Of a DNA stretch of 64,000 nt, positions 10,978-22,911 are shown in pieces. The position numbers and the translations under genes were made by a program. Position 1 is the stretch's first letter. Each line of letters opens with the position of its first letter. The notes below the pieces were generated by a model. The model made no database searches. It was not told the DNA's origin and saw nothing but the letters and a program-made list of their open reading frames with translations. The stretch is from Paraphysomonas bandaiensis (Eukaryota; Protista; Chrysophyceae), in assembly GCA_965644295.1 (NCBI GenBank), contig CBFFRP010000069.1, positions 287,240 to 351,239 on the forward strand, in the 5' to 3' direction.

Positions 10978-13900
10978 TGGTTCGGTGGATGTAACGATAC
11001 AGACAGGGAGGATTCTAATTCAAAGACTCGTGATGAGAATGATGAATGTTCAGTGCATTCTAATGACCTTAATGAGTTTGCGAATTCCTCCAATGTCTGT
11101 ATCGGGGATCAGGCTAAGCTGTATGCCTGCTATCCTTCATCCAAGAGCTTCTCTTCAGCGCACACTATAGGAAGGATTACTTTAGATAGAAAATTTGGAA
11201 TAGAGGAGTTAGTAAAAATATTGTGTGACACTGGAGCCCTCTCAGCCAATTATGTGTCGAGGGATTTGGTGGACAGATTGCGGAACAAACTAGAACCGAG
11301 CCGTTTTTATAAAGCTAAACACCGTGTGGTATTGGCGGATAGTAGAACGGTGAAGGATCTCAATGAAGGAGTCAGATTAAATTTAGTGCTGACTGATCCG
11401 AAGAGTCATACCTATCAATATACGGGTGAATTCTTTGTGATTGATATGACGAGTAATGATATTATTTTGGGGTTGCCTGCGCTGACTGGAAAATTATATC
11501 CTTTCATGTGTGCTGTTATGCGTGAGGCACATGACACTCAAATCGAGGGTGTCTCCGATAATGAAAATTCGAATGTGTTGTCATCTCTGGCAGGGGACAC
11601 GGTTGACTCTGATGACCGTGTGCACCCATGGTCAAGAGCGAGTGATGCTATTGCCCCAGAGGATGAGGAAACCGAGTTACCGGTTCAATTCAAGGATGCG
11701 TTGACATTCTTAGGAAAGTCTAGGGAGGAAGCCCTCCAAGACTATCATGAGCAGATAGAGACTCATGTCAGTGATGAAATGAAAAGTGAAACTAAGATTA
11801 TGGAATTGTTGTCAACGAAGGCTGAAAAAGTGTTCGTGCCTGACGAATGGAGCGGTGTGAGAGGTGTGGACCCTTTGTCTCTAAAATGGAAAAGCACTCT
11901 CCCGGATCGAATGAAACCAAAGGCTCGCCCGATCAATCCTAAGCTGTGGGAGGCTTCGGAGAAGGAGTTTCGGCGACTGTGTGGCTATTTCTACCGAAAG
12001 AGTCGTTCTCCTTGGGCTTCATGCCTAGTGGTTGCTCCCAAAGCCACTCCTCCATACATCCGTTTTTGTGGTGACTATGTGCAAATTAACAAGCACATGG
12101 AAGTGGGAAATTATACGATTCCTAATGTTAAGCATGAGTTGGACAAGATTATCAACTTTCCGCTATATATGGACATCGATTTAACAAATGCTTTTCATCA
12201 AATTCCATTAGATGATGAAACTTCTGAGCGCCTATCAATTCAGACGCCTTGGGGGCAATTTGCTCCTAATTTCATGCCAGAGGGTATTGCTCCGGCCACG
12301 GGTGTTTTACAGGAAACTGTGAGAGAAATATTCGATGATTTCTCTGAGTGGGCCATAGTCATTTTCGATAACATGCTTATATTGGCTAATGATGCCAGGG
12401 ATGCTTATGAGAAGTTCGAGAAGATCATTGACAGATGTATTGAAAGGAATGTGAAACTTAAGATGCCAAAAAGCTGGTTGGGGTTTAGAAAGGTGGATTT
12501 CTTTGGATATGTTTGCCGTCACAAGTCATATGAGGTTAATCCCGATAAGAAGGAGGCTCTCGGCAAGATTCCAATGCCTACTAACACCAAACAGGCCAGA
12601 TCGTTGCTGGGTAAAGGGGTATTCTTTTCTAGTTTTACGCCTAGATACTCTGATTTAGTTGCTCACTTGACTGACATGACAAAGTCGAGTTTCAATTGGG
12701 ATAAGTCCACATGGCGGCATGACTACGAGGCAGAGTATCGTCGTTTCATTGCCGGACTACAAGACGCTTGTGAGCTGTTTTATCCGGATTATAATCTTGA
12801 GTGGACATTGCGTACTGACGCTAGTGAGTTGGGAATAGGTTCAGTGTTATTGCAAAAGAAAATATTAGAGGATGGGAGCATACAGTGGCAGCCTATAGCT
12901 TTCATTTCCAAAAAGTTTTCTGCCCAAGCTCAGAAGTGGTCAACTATAGAGCAAGAGGCATATGGAATTTTCTACAGTGTTAAACACTTGGCTTATTACT
13001 TAATAGGCAAGCAATTCACAATTGAGACCGACCATAACAATTTATTGTGGATGGAATCTTCGGATGTTCCAAAGATTACACGATGGAGGATATTCTTGCA
13101 GTCTTTCAACTTCAGCATTCGTCATATATCTGGTGCCAAGAATTGGTTGGCGGACTGGTTATCTAGAGAGCATCAGGTTGCTATACTCTCTGGAATATTC
13201 CCAGAGGAGGAATATGATGACGCCTATTTCATGGGGGATGACTGTAATGAGTATGAGTACTTTAACTTTCTGGGTAACTTTATGAACCCGGATGATCGAG
13301 AGATTGAGGACCCTCCAACATCTCATGTATCACCGGAGACGGCGTTGCGTGAGGTTCATAACGCGCGAGTTGGACACATGGGGGGAAGGGCTACCTGGAT
13401 ACGCTTAAACAAAGAGTTCCCGGGTCATAATATTCCTTACAAGGTTGTTGAGGATTATATCTCTAAGTGCCCAAATTGTGTGAAAACGAGGTTGGCTATG
13501 AAGGAGGCTCTTATTCCGATCGTACGAAATCTCAAGCCCCCAAATGCTCGTAGCGCGATTGGTATAGATGCTGTTGAGATTACACCTCACGGTGCAGAGG
13601 GATATACACATATCAACGTGGTGGTCAATCTTTTCACCAAGTTTGTGTACCTTGAACCTGTCAAAGGTGTGACGGCTCTTAATCTTGCAAATACTATATG
13701 GAAATACTGGAGTCATTACGGTCACACAGATCTAATAATCTCGGATCAAGGACCGGATTTGACTTCAGATTTGTTCAAACAGTTGACGGAGTACATGGGT
13801 GTTCGGCACACTTTTAGTATTGCCAATCGCCATGCAAATGGATGTGAAAGAATTATTGGAGAAGTAGTTCGACATCTACGTGCTCTGGTCTATGATTACA

Positions 13901-14961
13901 GTGAACGGGAGGAACGAAAAGACATCTTTGAGGACCCTAGTTGGTTAGCAAGTGTTCAATATCTTCTAAATTCTGAAGTGTCTTCGGAAACAGGATTTTC
14001 GCCTTTTGAGTTGACGTTTGGCTCAAAGGATCTTGACTATTTGAACATGGATATCAAAGATCTTCCAGATCGGGCGCATGCTAGACTCACTGCGCTTAAT
14101 GATCAGTTAGCCCAACTCCGAGAGGCTTCCAAAGCTTATCAGCAAAAGTTAGCCACGGAGAGGGCAGGAACAGGTGTGCATCCCGATAGACAGAATAGGT
14201 ATCAACCGGGAGATTTTGTCTTATTTGACAAAGGGGCAAAGGTTCATCCTAAGATGTCTCACCGGTATATGGGACCTTTCTCAGTCAAGTCCCAGTACAA
14301 GAATGACGTAGACTGTCAACATCTCGCCACTGGGCAAGTGGTTCGTGTTTCCGTGAGCGATGTTAAATTGTTTCCGGGAGATTCTGATACTGCTTATAAA
14401 ATGGCTTTACGCGATCAGGATCAACATGTTATTGATGAAATCCTTTATTACCGTGGTGATAGAGAGGTTCGATCTACCATGGTTTTCACTGTGCGTTTTC
14501 AAGATGGAGATGTCCGAGAAGTCCCTTACAGCAAGGATATTTTTGATTCCGTTCCTTATGCTGAATTCTGTTCTCGAAAACGATATCTTTACCATCTTAT
14601 TTATACTGCTGACTATGCAAAGAAATACATCGCGGATTTCCGCCGGCAACCGATCACTCAGTTTCAACCTGGTGATCTAGCCTATGTTGATTTGCGAATT
14701 TATGGTGATGCTTGGTACGATGAGTTGGAATTACCAGATTCTCATCTCATTACTTATGTAGCTCCTATCCAGTTCACACACTGGTATCACAAGAGCTCTA
14801 AGCGAGTTTTATCGGTGAAGGATCTTCTCACTCTCCGTACCTACCGTTATGATAATTACCTAGTGCATTGCTTTGTTCATTCCGAGGTGAATGCTAGCAC
14901 AATGGTACTCGTGGACGAGGATTTTGCCAACAAATATCCTCAGGTCCGTGCGTCTTATTAA
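10978..14961 (+). CDS. pol: Gypsy Pol (protease, RT, RNase H, integrase, chromodomain-like); in frame with gag after one TGA
   Basis: LCDTGA protease; DIDLTNAFHQI, MPEG, IFDN, VDFFG RT; TDAS, EQEA, TDHNNL RNase H; H..GH...CPNC, IDAVE, SDQG, NGCER integrase; GPF motif; VIDEILYYRG...FTVRFQDG chromo-like. Confidence 0.93.
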   Translation, partial: WFGGCNDTDREDSNSKTRDENDECSVHSNDLNEFANSSNVCIGDQAKLYACYPSSKSFSSAHTIGRITLDRKFGIEELVKILCDTGALSANYVSRDLVDRLRNKLEPSRFYKAKHRVVLADSRTVKDLNEGVRLNLVLTDPKSHTYQYTGEFFVIDMTSNDIILGLPALTGKLYPFMCAVMREAHDTQIEGVSDNENSNVLSSLAGDTVDSDDRVHPWSRASDAIAPEDEETELPVQFKDALTFLGKSREEALQDYHEQIETHVSDEMKSETKIMELLSTKAEKVFVPDEWSGVRGVDPLSLKWKSTLPDRMKPKARPINPKLWEASEKEFRRLCGYFYRKSRSPWASCLVVAPKATPPYIRFCGDYVQINKHMEVGNYTIPNVKHELDKIINFPLYMDIDLTNAFHQIPLDDETSERLSIQTPWGQFAPNFMPEGIAPATGVLQETVREIFDDFSEWAIVIFDNMLILANDARDAYEKFEKIIDRCIERNVKLKMPKSWLGFRKVDFFGYVCRHKSYEVNPDKKEALGKIPMPTNTKQARSLLGKGVFFSSFTPRYSDLVAHLTDMTKSSFNWDKSTWRHDYEAEYRRFIAGLQDACELFYPDYNLEWTLRTDASELGIGSVLLQKKILEDGSIQWQPIAFISKKFSAQAQKWSTIEQEAYGIFYSVKHLAYYLIGKQFTIETDHNNLLWMESSDVPKITRWRIFLQSFNFSIRHISGAKNWLADWLSREHQVAILSGIFPEEEYDDAYFMGDDCNEYEYFNFLGNFMNPDDREIEDPPTSHVSPETALREVHNARVGHMGGRATWIRLNKEFPGHNIPYKVVEDYISKCPNCVKTRLAMKEALIPIVRNLKPPNARSAIGIDAVEITPHGAEGYTHINVVVNLFTKFVYLEPVKGVTALNLANTIWKYWSHYGHTDLIISDQGPDLTSDLFKQLTEYMGVRHTFSIANRHANGCERIIGEVVRHLRALVYDYSEREERKDIFEDPSWLASVQYLLNSEVSSETGFSPFELTFGSKDLDYLNMDIKDLPDRAHARLTALNDQLAQLREASKAYQQKLATERAGTGVHPDRQNRYQPGDFVLFDKGAKVHPKMSHRYMGPFSVKSQYKNDVDCQHLATGQVVRVSVSDVKLFPGDSDTAYKMALRDQDQHVIDEILYYRGDREVRSTMVFTVRFQDGDVREVPYSKDIFDSVPYAEFCSRKRYLYHLIYTADYAKKYIADFRRQPITQFQPGDLAYVDLRIYGDAWYDELELPDSHLITYVAPIQFTHWYHKSSKRVLSVKDLLTLRTYRYDNYLVHCFVHSEVNASTMVLVDEDFANKYPQVRASY

Positions 14962-15146
14962 GTTCCACGCTGGACACATTATTCTTATTGCTCTCTCAAT
15001 TCCATTCCATATCAAATTATTATTATATAACTTATAATTCTCCGGGGATTTTCGTTTTGACGGCTACGTAACACCTAGTCCCGTTGGCATTTGTGAATAC
15101 CGGAGGCATGCTATTCTGTAGACAACCAAAACGGGGGAGGAGGCAG

Positions 15147-16153
15147 TGTGACCACGTGGCATTTCCCATGCCCTATCTACGTGGCTATAGTATCACGCTA
15201 TTGAGTCACATGCATGGTTACATTGACTTTTAGGACCCTATGTTGGTTTAAGACCCTATATCAGGACCCTATATATTGCTTTAGGACCTTCATTGTGTTC
15301 AGGATACATATTATGCAACACCATTTGGACATTGGTAATGTACCACAGTGTACCTACATATTGAGCCAACGTTCGGGTATGATGTCCAATTTTATCTGCT
15401 GATGATGATGTACGACTATGATCTGCTGCTGGTGACTTCGGTCGATGTGAAACCTGCTGCAAATTTATATCAAAGTTATGTGGGCCCGTATTCCTGTATA
15501 GCAGTTGCAGTATATACTTCCATATACATACATACATGTATTACCCGTACTACCCTATAGGGGGGCAAGTACATGTGACCATCATAAGAGAGAAGTCGCT
15601 ATTGTACACTTGAGATGCACGAGTGTTTATGCAAGGCTTATTGGGGTTCGATTGCAAATGTGGTATGCGTACTATACGTACTATACGTACCGTATTTATG
15701 TATTTCCTGGATTATGGGGTTTTCAGTCTCTGGTAGGGTATAGATACGTAGTATACGGTGTACTCTCGGCATATGCTGGTGAGTCACTCCCTATCAGGTT
15801 GCTGTGTATTTTTCAGTTTTTGATTGAAGAGTTACGCAACCTGTGGTGGTGTGATGATACCACGTGTGTTGCACCATGTTAGGAGTGTGTGTGTGTGCAT
15901 ATATGCTTCTATGGTGTTCATCACTTGTTTTAAGTTAGACCAAAGCTTGGTGCTAGTGATCTTGGGTGCCAGCGGTATACCATTGCGCGGTGACTCTTCG
16001 CGGGAGTCACTAACTGAGTTTAGGTCTAAACTTGGAAAAAAGTGTTTTAATAATAATACCGTTATTACTGTGCTTGTTGGTTCAGTGTAGGTGTTGTTGT
16101 AGTTTTATTGTTTACGAGCCAACACCCTGGTTATCAAACCGGGTGTTGTTATA
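15147..16153 (+). repeat. Gypsy 3' LTR (1007 bp)
   Basis: Direct repeat of 7659-8663, preceded by a polypurine tract. Confidence 0.95.
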
Positions 16154-17919
16154 GGTGATGGTCGTGTACGGCGGAAACGGCTACAGCGTAGGTTGGCGAA
16201 CGCATCGGTGTTAGGAGAAATAAATATGGTTGAGGTGCCAGATGCATGCACTGTTAACTTTAAACATGCAGAGTTTCAACATGATGACTTTAAGATACCA
16301 GACTCCTATTATGCTGAAGCGGAGAGATCTCCACAGTACATGAAGTGGCGAGAAGCTCGGAAGGTGGAGAAGACCTCACTACTGAAGAGACGTGTCTTAA
16401 AGATTGTGCGGACTCCACGGCCCGGGGAGTGAAGTTGGTGCGAGCTAAGTATGTTCACACGGTGAAGAGAGACCTTCTGGGGAATGTAGTCAAGTATAAG
16501 GCGCGGCTGGTTGCATTAGGGAATCTACAAGAAAAAACGGAGGAGGAGCAGTCCACGTTTGCTCCAGTGGTCAAAGGAATAACCATTCGACTGGTCCTCG
16601 CGATTGCGTTTATGTTCCATATGCATGTACATCAGTTGGATGTATCATCAGCGTTTTGTTATGCCGATCTTGAAGAGGATGTTTATATGGCACCTCCACC
16701 TGATGAAGAGTTGCCAGCGGGGTGGTGTTTTCAATTGATCAAGGCCTTATATGGTTTGCGGTCATCACCGAGGCAGTGGAACAAGCATATTGACAAGTTT
16801 ATCAAATCGTTACATTTTACTGCTTGCATTTTAGATACATGCTTGTATATGCGATGGAGTAATGGTCAATTGCACTTATTGCTGATATATGTTGATGATA
16901 TTATCATTGCATCTGCTGATCTCACCTACTTAGAAAGTGTTAAACGTAGGTTCTGCGAAACGTTTGAAATGCACGATCTGGGTGTGTGCAAACGGTTTCT
17001 GAATATCAGAATCACGAGAGGAGAGGACTGGTACATGTTAGATCAATCGGAATATGCCAAGAATATTGTAAAGAAATTCGATTCGTTTATGGGGAAGAGC
17101 AGTAAGAATAAGGAGACTCCACTACCTACCAATGTTCAGGATTTGTTGGCAGAGCAACGTGAGCTGACGGAGGAGCAGAAGCAGTGGGTCGAATCATTTC
17201 CGTATAGAGGAATTATTGGAGCGGTGTTGCATTTGGCGATTCACACTAGACCTGATCTGGCTTACGCTGTGGGGTTATTGGCTCGATTTAGTACTTCTCC
17301 AACATATGCGACTTGCAGATTAGCTATTCATTTGTTGAAATATTTACGTGGTACAGTTGAAAAGGGAATCAGATTCAGTGGGAGTGGGTTTGATTTACAT
17401 GTATTCAGTGATTCAGACTGGGCTGGTGATAGGATGACTAGGCGGTCCACAACGGGATACATCGTGCTTTTATGTGCGGGCGCTTTGGCCTGGCAGTCCA
17501 AGCTTCAGACCACAGTTGCGACTTCGAGCATGGAATCTGAGTATATGGCGGAGTATGCGGCTTTGCAAGAACTGGTGTGGCTTCGGGGGGTGTTCAAGGA
17601 GCTCGGACTCTTGGTAGCGAAGTCGACTCCATTCTTTATGGATAGTAAGAGTGCAAAGGATCTTTCAGAGAATCCAGTGTATCATAAGAGGTCGAAGCAT
17701 ATTGACATCAAGTATCACTGGATAAGAGAACATGTTAATGGCAAATTTCCTACAGCAAAGTTGATTCATGTATCTACGGACGATATGGCGGCCGATATTT
17801 TTACAAAGGCGTTGTCCACGAAGATCTTCAGCCGTCATGAGAAAACGATTACCGGGGTTAAGAGGAGTGTGTCTAACAGTGTGGAGGAGCAGCAGAAGAA
17901 ACGACCCCGAAGAGGTTAA
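16154..17919 (+). pseudogene. Copia reverse transcriptase-RNase H (frameshift near 16420)
   Basis: KARLVALG, HQLDVSSAF, LYGLRSSPRQW, IYVDDII, FSDSDWAG, KHIDIKYH, ADIFTKAL. Confidence 0.93.
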
Positions 17920-18098
17920 AGGTGTGTTTTAGTGGGTGAAAATCCCACATAACTGTATATCTAGTTGACTGCTAGATATATATGTATCTTTAAAAGATTT
18001 CACATCTGTTTTTACCTATGGGACTAGATAGTCATAGCATTATCAGATTATTGTGATCACTGTTGTTTTATCTCACTGCATTCTACATTGAGTGGGAG

Positions 18099-18392
18099 TA
18101 TTAGAATATGGATCTTATTCTAGTATATTCAGTATGTCACTTGAAGACAATGTACGAGAATACAGTGAAATATAGTGATGTACAAATGCTGTGATGATAT
18201 TGAGAAACTGAAATAGTTTGATCTTTCAAGATATGTTCAGTAACGAGAGGTTCGCATATGTAGGATATTATGCAGGGATTATAATGAGTTAGTGTTGGTT
18301 ATCACAACTTCGTGTAAACGATATTAATAAATCTATCTAGTCTTACGACAAATTCTCTCTGTGATCTAGTGTAAAATGAGCGTTTCTCAATA
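18099..18392 (+). repeat. Copia 3' LTR
   Basis: Direct repeat of 4251-4544 followed by TSD TATTT. Confidence 0.95.
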
Positions 18393-18763
18393 TATTTCGA
18401 AAAAACGATCCATAGTTGTCATTGCAAATGACTGATATCTGATATCATGGATACCGGCCGAATATAGCAAAGCAATGGATTCGCCTCGTCAGTGTATTTT
18501 CGCTGATATGGTCGCGAATAATAACAACACAAAAGTAAGGGGATAGTCATCACTAATATCCAGGAGCTCACAATGAGAATACATTAAGATATTACGTCGC
18601 ACGTCGTACCACATAATTATTATTAATATAATGTTATTCATAATCTGACCATATAAACTATATTAGAGTATGCAAGTAGATTTCGCTAAATGAACAAAAT
18701 ATATTCTGTCTATACACAGAGATTGACAAATCATGTAATCCACACACTGATGGCACAACCGCA

Positions 18764-19825
18764 TTAGTCCTCTTTCTCACTTTTCGCGCTCACAGCTGAC
18801 ATCGACTTTGACGGAGGAGGTCTGCTGCTAGCCTCCAGTTTTGCAGCCATTGCGGCATCTTCAGGGTCATCGTCATCACCTGCATATCCTGCATTCTTCG
18901 CATTGTAGTCTTTGTACCATTCAAGAAGAGGAAAGAAGTCAACCTCTTGGTCCCCAACCACTCCCAGCTGGTTAAGCACCGCCGGCATCTCCTCTTCCGG
19001 TACAAACACAGCAACCTTGACGAAAAAGTCCGCGAGAAGCTCTTGTGGAAGAGTTCCACTCTTTTTCTTATCAAGTTTTTTAAACTCTTTTCGGAATACA
19101 CGTTCCTCCATGTCCTCTATCGATGGGCCCTTGGCTTGACTGTTTACGAAATTCTCAATCAAATTACCAAACTTAAGCTTAATCAGATAACACCCTATAA
19201 TGAAGAATCCCAACCAATATGTTACTACTAGGTAGGTACTAAATTCGTAGAGCATCGGCGCAGTGCCAGCACAGAAGAGAGACAAGTCGAGCAACGCTGT
19301 TCCAATGCACCATATAAGAAAGCTCACAAAAGCAATTAACATGTAGACACCCATCAGCCATTTTAACGAGCGAAATGGGCGAAGCAAATGGAAGCCCATC
19401 CCTGTAAAAGGAACGGTAACATAAACTTTACTTCCCAGGAAGGACCATGAGTATACCAGCAAGAAAATATAGCACACAAAAAGAGCGAGACTGATAAATG
19501 CTACAAAAAGTAACATATTAACACATTTTCTATATAACAGTATATAAAACTTACTATCCAGTGCATAGCCACAATAGCCTGTCCATGTATTTAACACTAA
19601 ATGTCCAGATACTATCGTAATAATAGAGAAGAGTGCAGGTAGAAATGTTCCAAGGAGTATAGGACCTGACCATTTTCTTAGAAATGCATCATCTTCACTC
19701 AAAGAGGGAATCTCTGGATGAGATTTTTGACTTTGTATTGTAGCTGATCGTAATAAATCTGGATTAGTTGATGCACGTGATGCATTTGTAAATGTTCTAG
19801 TGACTGTTTTTTTCTTATCTTCCAT
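18764..19825 (-). CDS. Four-TM membrane protein (TMEM272-like Cys pattern) with C-terminal EF-hand pair
   Basis: Four hydrophobic helices with luminal Cys (YCGY..., FCAGTAPMLY); FKKLDKKKSGTL EF-hand loop; probable small in-frame intron ~19501-19554. Confidence 0.65.
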   Translation of the reverse strand: MEDKKKTVTRTFTNASRASTNPDLLRSATIQSQKSHPEIPSLSEDDAFLRKWSGPILLGTFLPALFSIITIVSGHLVLNTWTGYCGYALDSKFYILLYRKCVNMLLFVAFISLALFVCYIFLLVYSWSFLGSKVYVTVPFTGMGFHLLRPFRSLKWLMGVYMLIAFVSFLIWCIGTALLDLSLFCAGTAPMLYEFSTYLVVTYWLGFFIIGCYLIKLKFGNLIENFVNSQAKGPSIEDMEERVFRKEFKKLDKKKSGTLPQELLADFFVKVAVFVPEEEMPAVLNQLGVVGDQEVDFFPLLEWYKDYNAKNAGYAGDDDDPEDAAMAAKLEASSRPPPSKSMSAVSAKSEKED

Positions 19826-20573
19826 TATTTGTTATATATATATATATATGTGTGTGTATGTGTTGATTGATAGAGAATTAGATAGTAAGGGTTGGTTGAT
19901 GTGATGTCATGCAGGAGGGTTTAATATGATTGTGGTGATAGTGTGTTTAGTATATATATATATATATGTGTCTGTATATGTATATAATAATGCAGCTGAG
20001 GAGAGCTGTAACTGTAACACTCTGTATATACATACACACACTGCTGCTGCTGTACTGCTGTACATATAGAGACATACATACTGCTGTACTGCTGTACATA
20101 TATAGCTGCATGTACATATATATGTATATGAATAAGTACAGCAGCCGCTATACTGCTGTACATCAGTACACTTGTATATGTACATGTACATGTACATGTA
20201 CACCCGTACTGTGTACTGTTGTATTTAAGTGCTTTTCCGTTGTAAATATTTCCTCATCTCTTATAAATCCATGGTTTTGTATTAAACCCCTACTTTAGTT
20301 TCTGGTGTCGCATATAGTGGAGAAAACCAATAGTTTGTTCACTGGTTTGGTGGAATTTCCGTTGTGTCTGTCTAAAATCCTCTATTTTTATAGAAAATAT
20401 ACATAATATATCAATATACTACATCAAAACCTTTACTATTTCTATAAACACCAGTTTTCAAACCTTAAAAGCCGTTAAAATAGAACCTGTCTGTTAAGTA
20501 ACTACAACGAGCTCACTTAAGAGATAATTTCACAATGAATATCAGACTATATCATGAATAAATAACTTTCATT

Positions 20574-22060
20574 ATGAATTATCAACAATATAATGCACCA
20601 TATGAATGTAATGAACATGATGAATCGGATGGATGGGTGTTGTATTATTCCCCTGAAGGATATCCTTATTACTATAATACATACACAGGAGACTCTCAAT
20701 GGGCTGAATATAATGAGACATATAATCAAGATACAGGAAATGAAATAGATCAATCACAGTCAGTATCTGATGAAGAACATGAATATAGTGATGAGTATAG
20801 TTCACAATCAGATGATGAAAAGGAGTTTGAAGAATACATGCAGACTACAGAGGGACAACAAAGATATGAAGTAAGATATCTAAACACACACTATATACAC
20901 ACTATATACATATATACTGTACATACACACTCACTAAGTATGCAATCGATATTTATATACACTCACTATATATGCTCACTATATATACTTATCTATACTA
21001 TATACATGTGTTATCTATAGCATATACACGCTTATTAACTGTACTATATATACACTCACTATCTGCACACTGTATACCTATGCTACCTACTCACTTGTTA
21101 TATATACACTTATTATCTACTCTACCGTATATATTCTCTACACTATGTGTACGCTTAGTAGCTATATATATACTGGATTGACTCCTAATATATAATTTTT
21201 ATAGAAGGAGCAGAGATATGTGGAGCGCTATATGGAACGACAGTCTTTTTTAGAAGCACAAGCCCTTCCTGAGCCCCCCTTCCAATGGCAAGAAAGCGAG
21301 AGTTACTCAAGTCAATATGGTGAAACGCTCTCTGCGGAAGAAGCCGCACAGTTTATCTCTACATATGGTCTTCCACCACCGCCGCAACACTCTCTTCCCC
21401 TAGACCAGACAGAAAAGAAGGTTCGGTTTTCTCGTAGTGTGAAGAGTAGGGCGGATATAGAGGGTGGGAGGAGTAGTAGTGGTGAAGAGGGCAGCGAGGA
21501 GGAGAGTGATATATCCTCAGTTTCGACAGAAGATCCTGATGTGAAAACGGTAGGACTTAAATGTGCTGCATGTATATATAGGACTATGTATCAGACACGT
21601 TAAAATGTATTTCTGTATTTGTGCCCCATTCATTTATTTGTTAATATCTCCAAATTTATTGAATTGATTCTGGTGCAAACAGATACGGGCACCCCTTGTA
21701 CCTGTGTGGATCAGTAGTAGTACTACAATGATTTTAGGCGTATTAGATCGTATTTTTCGAGCTCCCGTGGCGGCAGCTTTTAACACCTTGATAAGATCAT
21801 TCACGACTGAGGGTCGAGTAACATCTTCTCACTCCGCACCAACTGACCCTGTGCCAGTCATCGACTCAACTCCAGACAATGAAGCCGCAGTTTCTGTTCC
21901 GGATCCTCAACAACCTTCTGTCGACTCCAAGCGGTCATGGGGATGGGAACCACTGGCGACTTATGCAGCTACCAATACATGGAAATATTTATTAGCAGCA
22001 TCTGAATATATTGTTGATGGTGATCAAAATGAAGCGAAACCTGAGTCACTTCCACCCTAA
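20574..22060 (+). CDS. WW-domain protein; exons 20574-20870, 21205-21549, 21683-22060
   Basis: GWVLYYSPEGYPYYYNTYTGDSQW WW signature; GT-AG junctions keep the frame across all three exons. Confidence 0.8.
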
Positions 22061-22243
22061 TGTTGTCAGATTCTATTGTGTATGACATGTACAGCTAGTT
22101 AGTGTTATTTTTTGCATATTATGATATCTTAATAAATATGTGAAATGGGTGTATTTCTGCTCCAGCTTACTATCTGGAGATAACCGCATTACTACATATG
22201 AGTATGTATAATTATACGAATACCACAACTTTCTACTGATTGT

Positions 22244-22911
22244 CAGGGATGCGTATCAATTAATTGAGGCAGGTTGTAGTCAAATTATAATTGCTATTAT
22301 TACTTGCTCTCTCAATTTCAATTATTCAATGCTAAACTACATTAGCTGCCAACTGCCAATATAGCTACCTCAACTACCATATCATTCCAGAGGCGACGGT
22401 TCAAGTTTATAAACAATAATAAACAAAAGTAGCTCTAAATGCTGAAGAGTCATACTCTTGGAATCCGTCATAACAATCCTAGCTCTACTGAACAACTTTA
22501 TTGGTTGTGGCATGCAAGTGCTTCATGCTGTTAAGACGTGCTCACTTCCGCTGTCTGCTACCATCAATCAAACATTGCGCTGCGTCGCCATTCTGAACTA
22601 GACTTTCACTGTCATCATCGTCTTCATCCTCATCAAGCAAAATAATTTATTTTGATATTTTCCGTTAATTAGTGCGGCTGAATTGCCACATTGAATCTTC
22701 ACGATTCCCTTTACGAAAGCAGCATTTTCGCCCAGTAGACGCTCGACAATCGGGTGTCTTATGATAAGTTCTTCGTGAAACAATTAACAAACAAGCCGGA
22801 GTCAATTATATTGCTATTATTACTTGCTGTCTAAATTTAAACTATTGCAATTTCAATAATTGACGATTAATATCAATCAATTGAAAATCAATTAATTGAT
22901 ACGCAGACCTG
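22244..22911. mobile_element. Non-autonomous hAT-type DNA transposon (MITE/deletion derivative)
   Basis: 24-bp TIRs CAGGGATGCGTATCAATTAATTGA / TCAATTAATTGATACGCAGACCTG (2 mismatches); 8-bp TSD CTGATTGT / CTAATTGT; short transposase-like relic AFVKGIVKIQ on the - strand. Confidence 0.8.

Larger units (their letters stand above)
7659..16153 (+). mobile_element. Ty3/gypsy LTR retrotransposon with chromodomain-like integrase tail, full length
   Basis: LTRs 7659-8663 and 15147-16153; PPT acgggggaggaggcag before 15147; gag then PR-RT-RH-IN. Confidence 0.95.
4251..18392 (+). mobile_element. Ty1/copia LTR retrotransposon (defective), interrupted by a gypsy element
   Basis: 294-bp LTRs 4251-4544 and 18099-18392; TSD TATTT at 4246-4250 and 18393-18397; PBS TGGTAGCGAGCG at 4545; PPT gagtgggag before 18099; gag-PR-IN-RT-RH order. 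Confidence 0.95.

Noticed and set aside
19907-20298. Tyr/Ile/Cys-rich short ORFs (also 39483-39911, 24885-25224)
   Set aside because: Products of TA/CA low-complexity intergenic sequence
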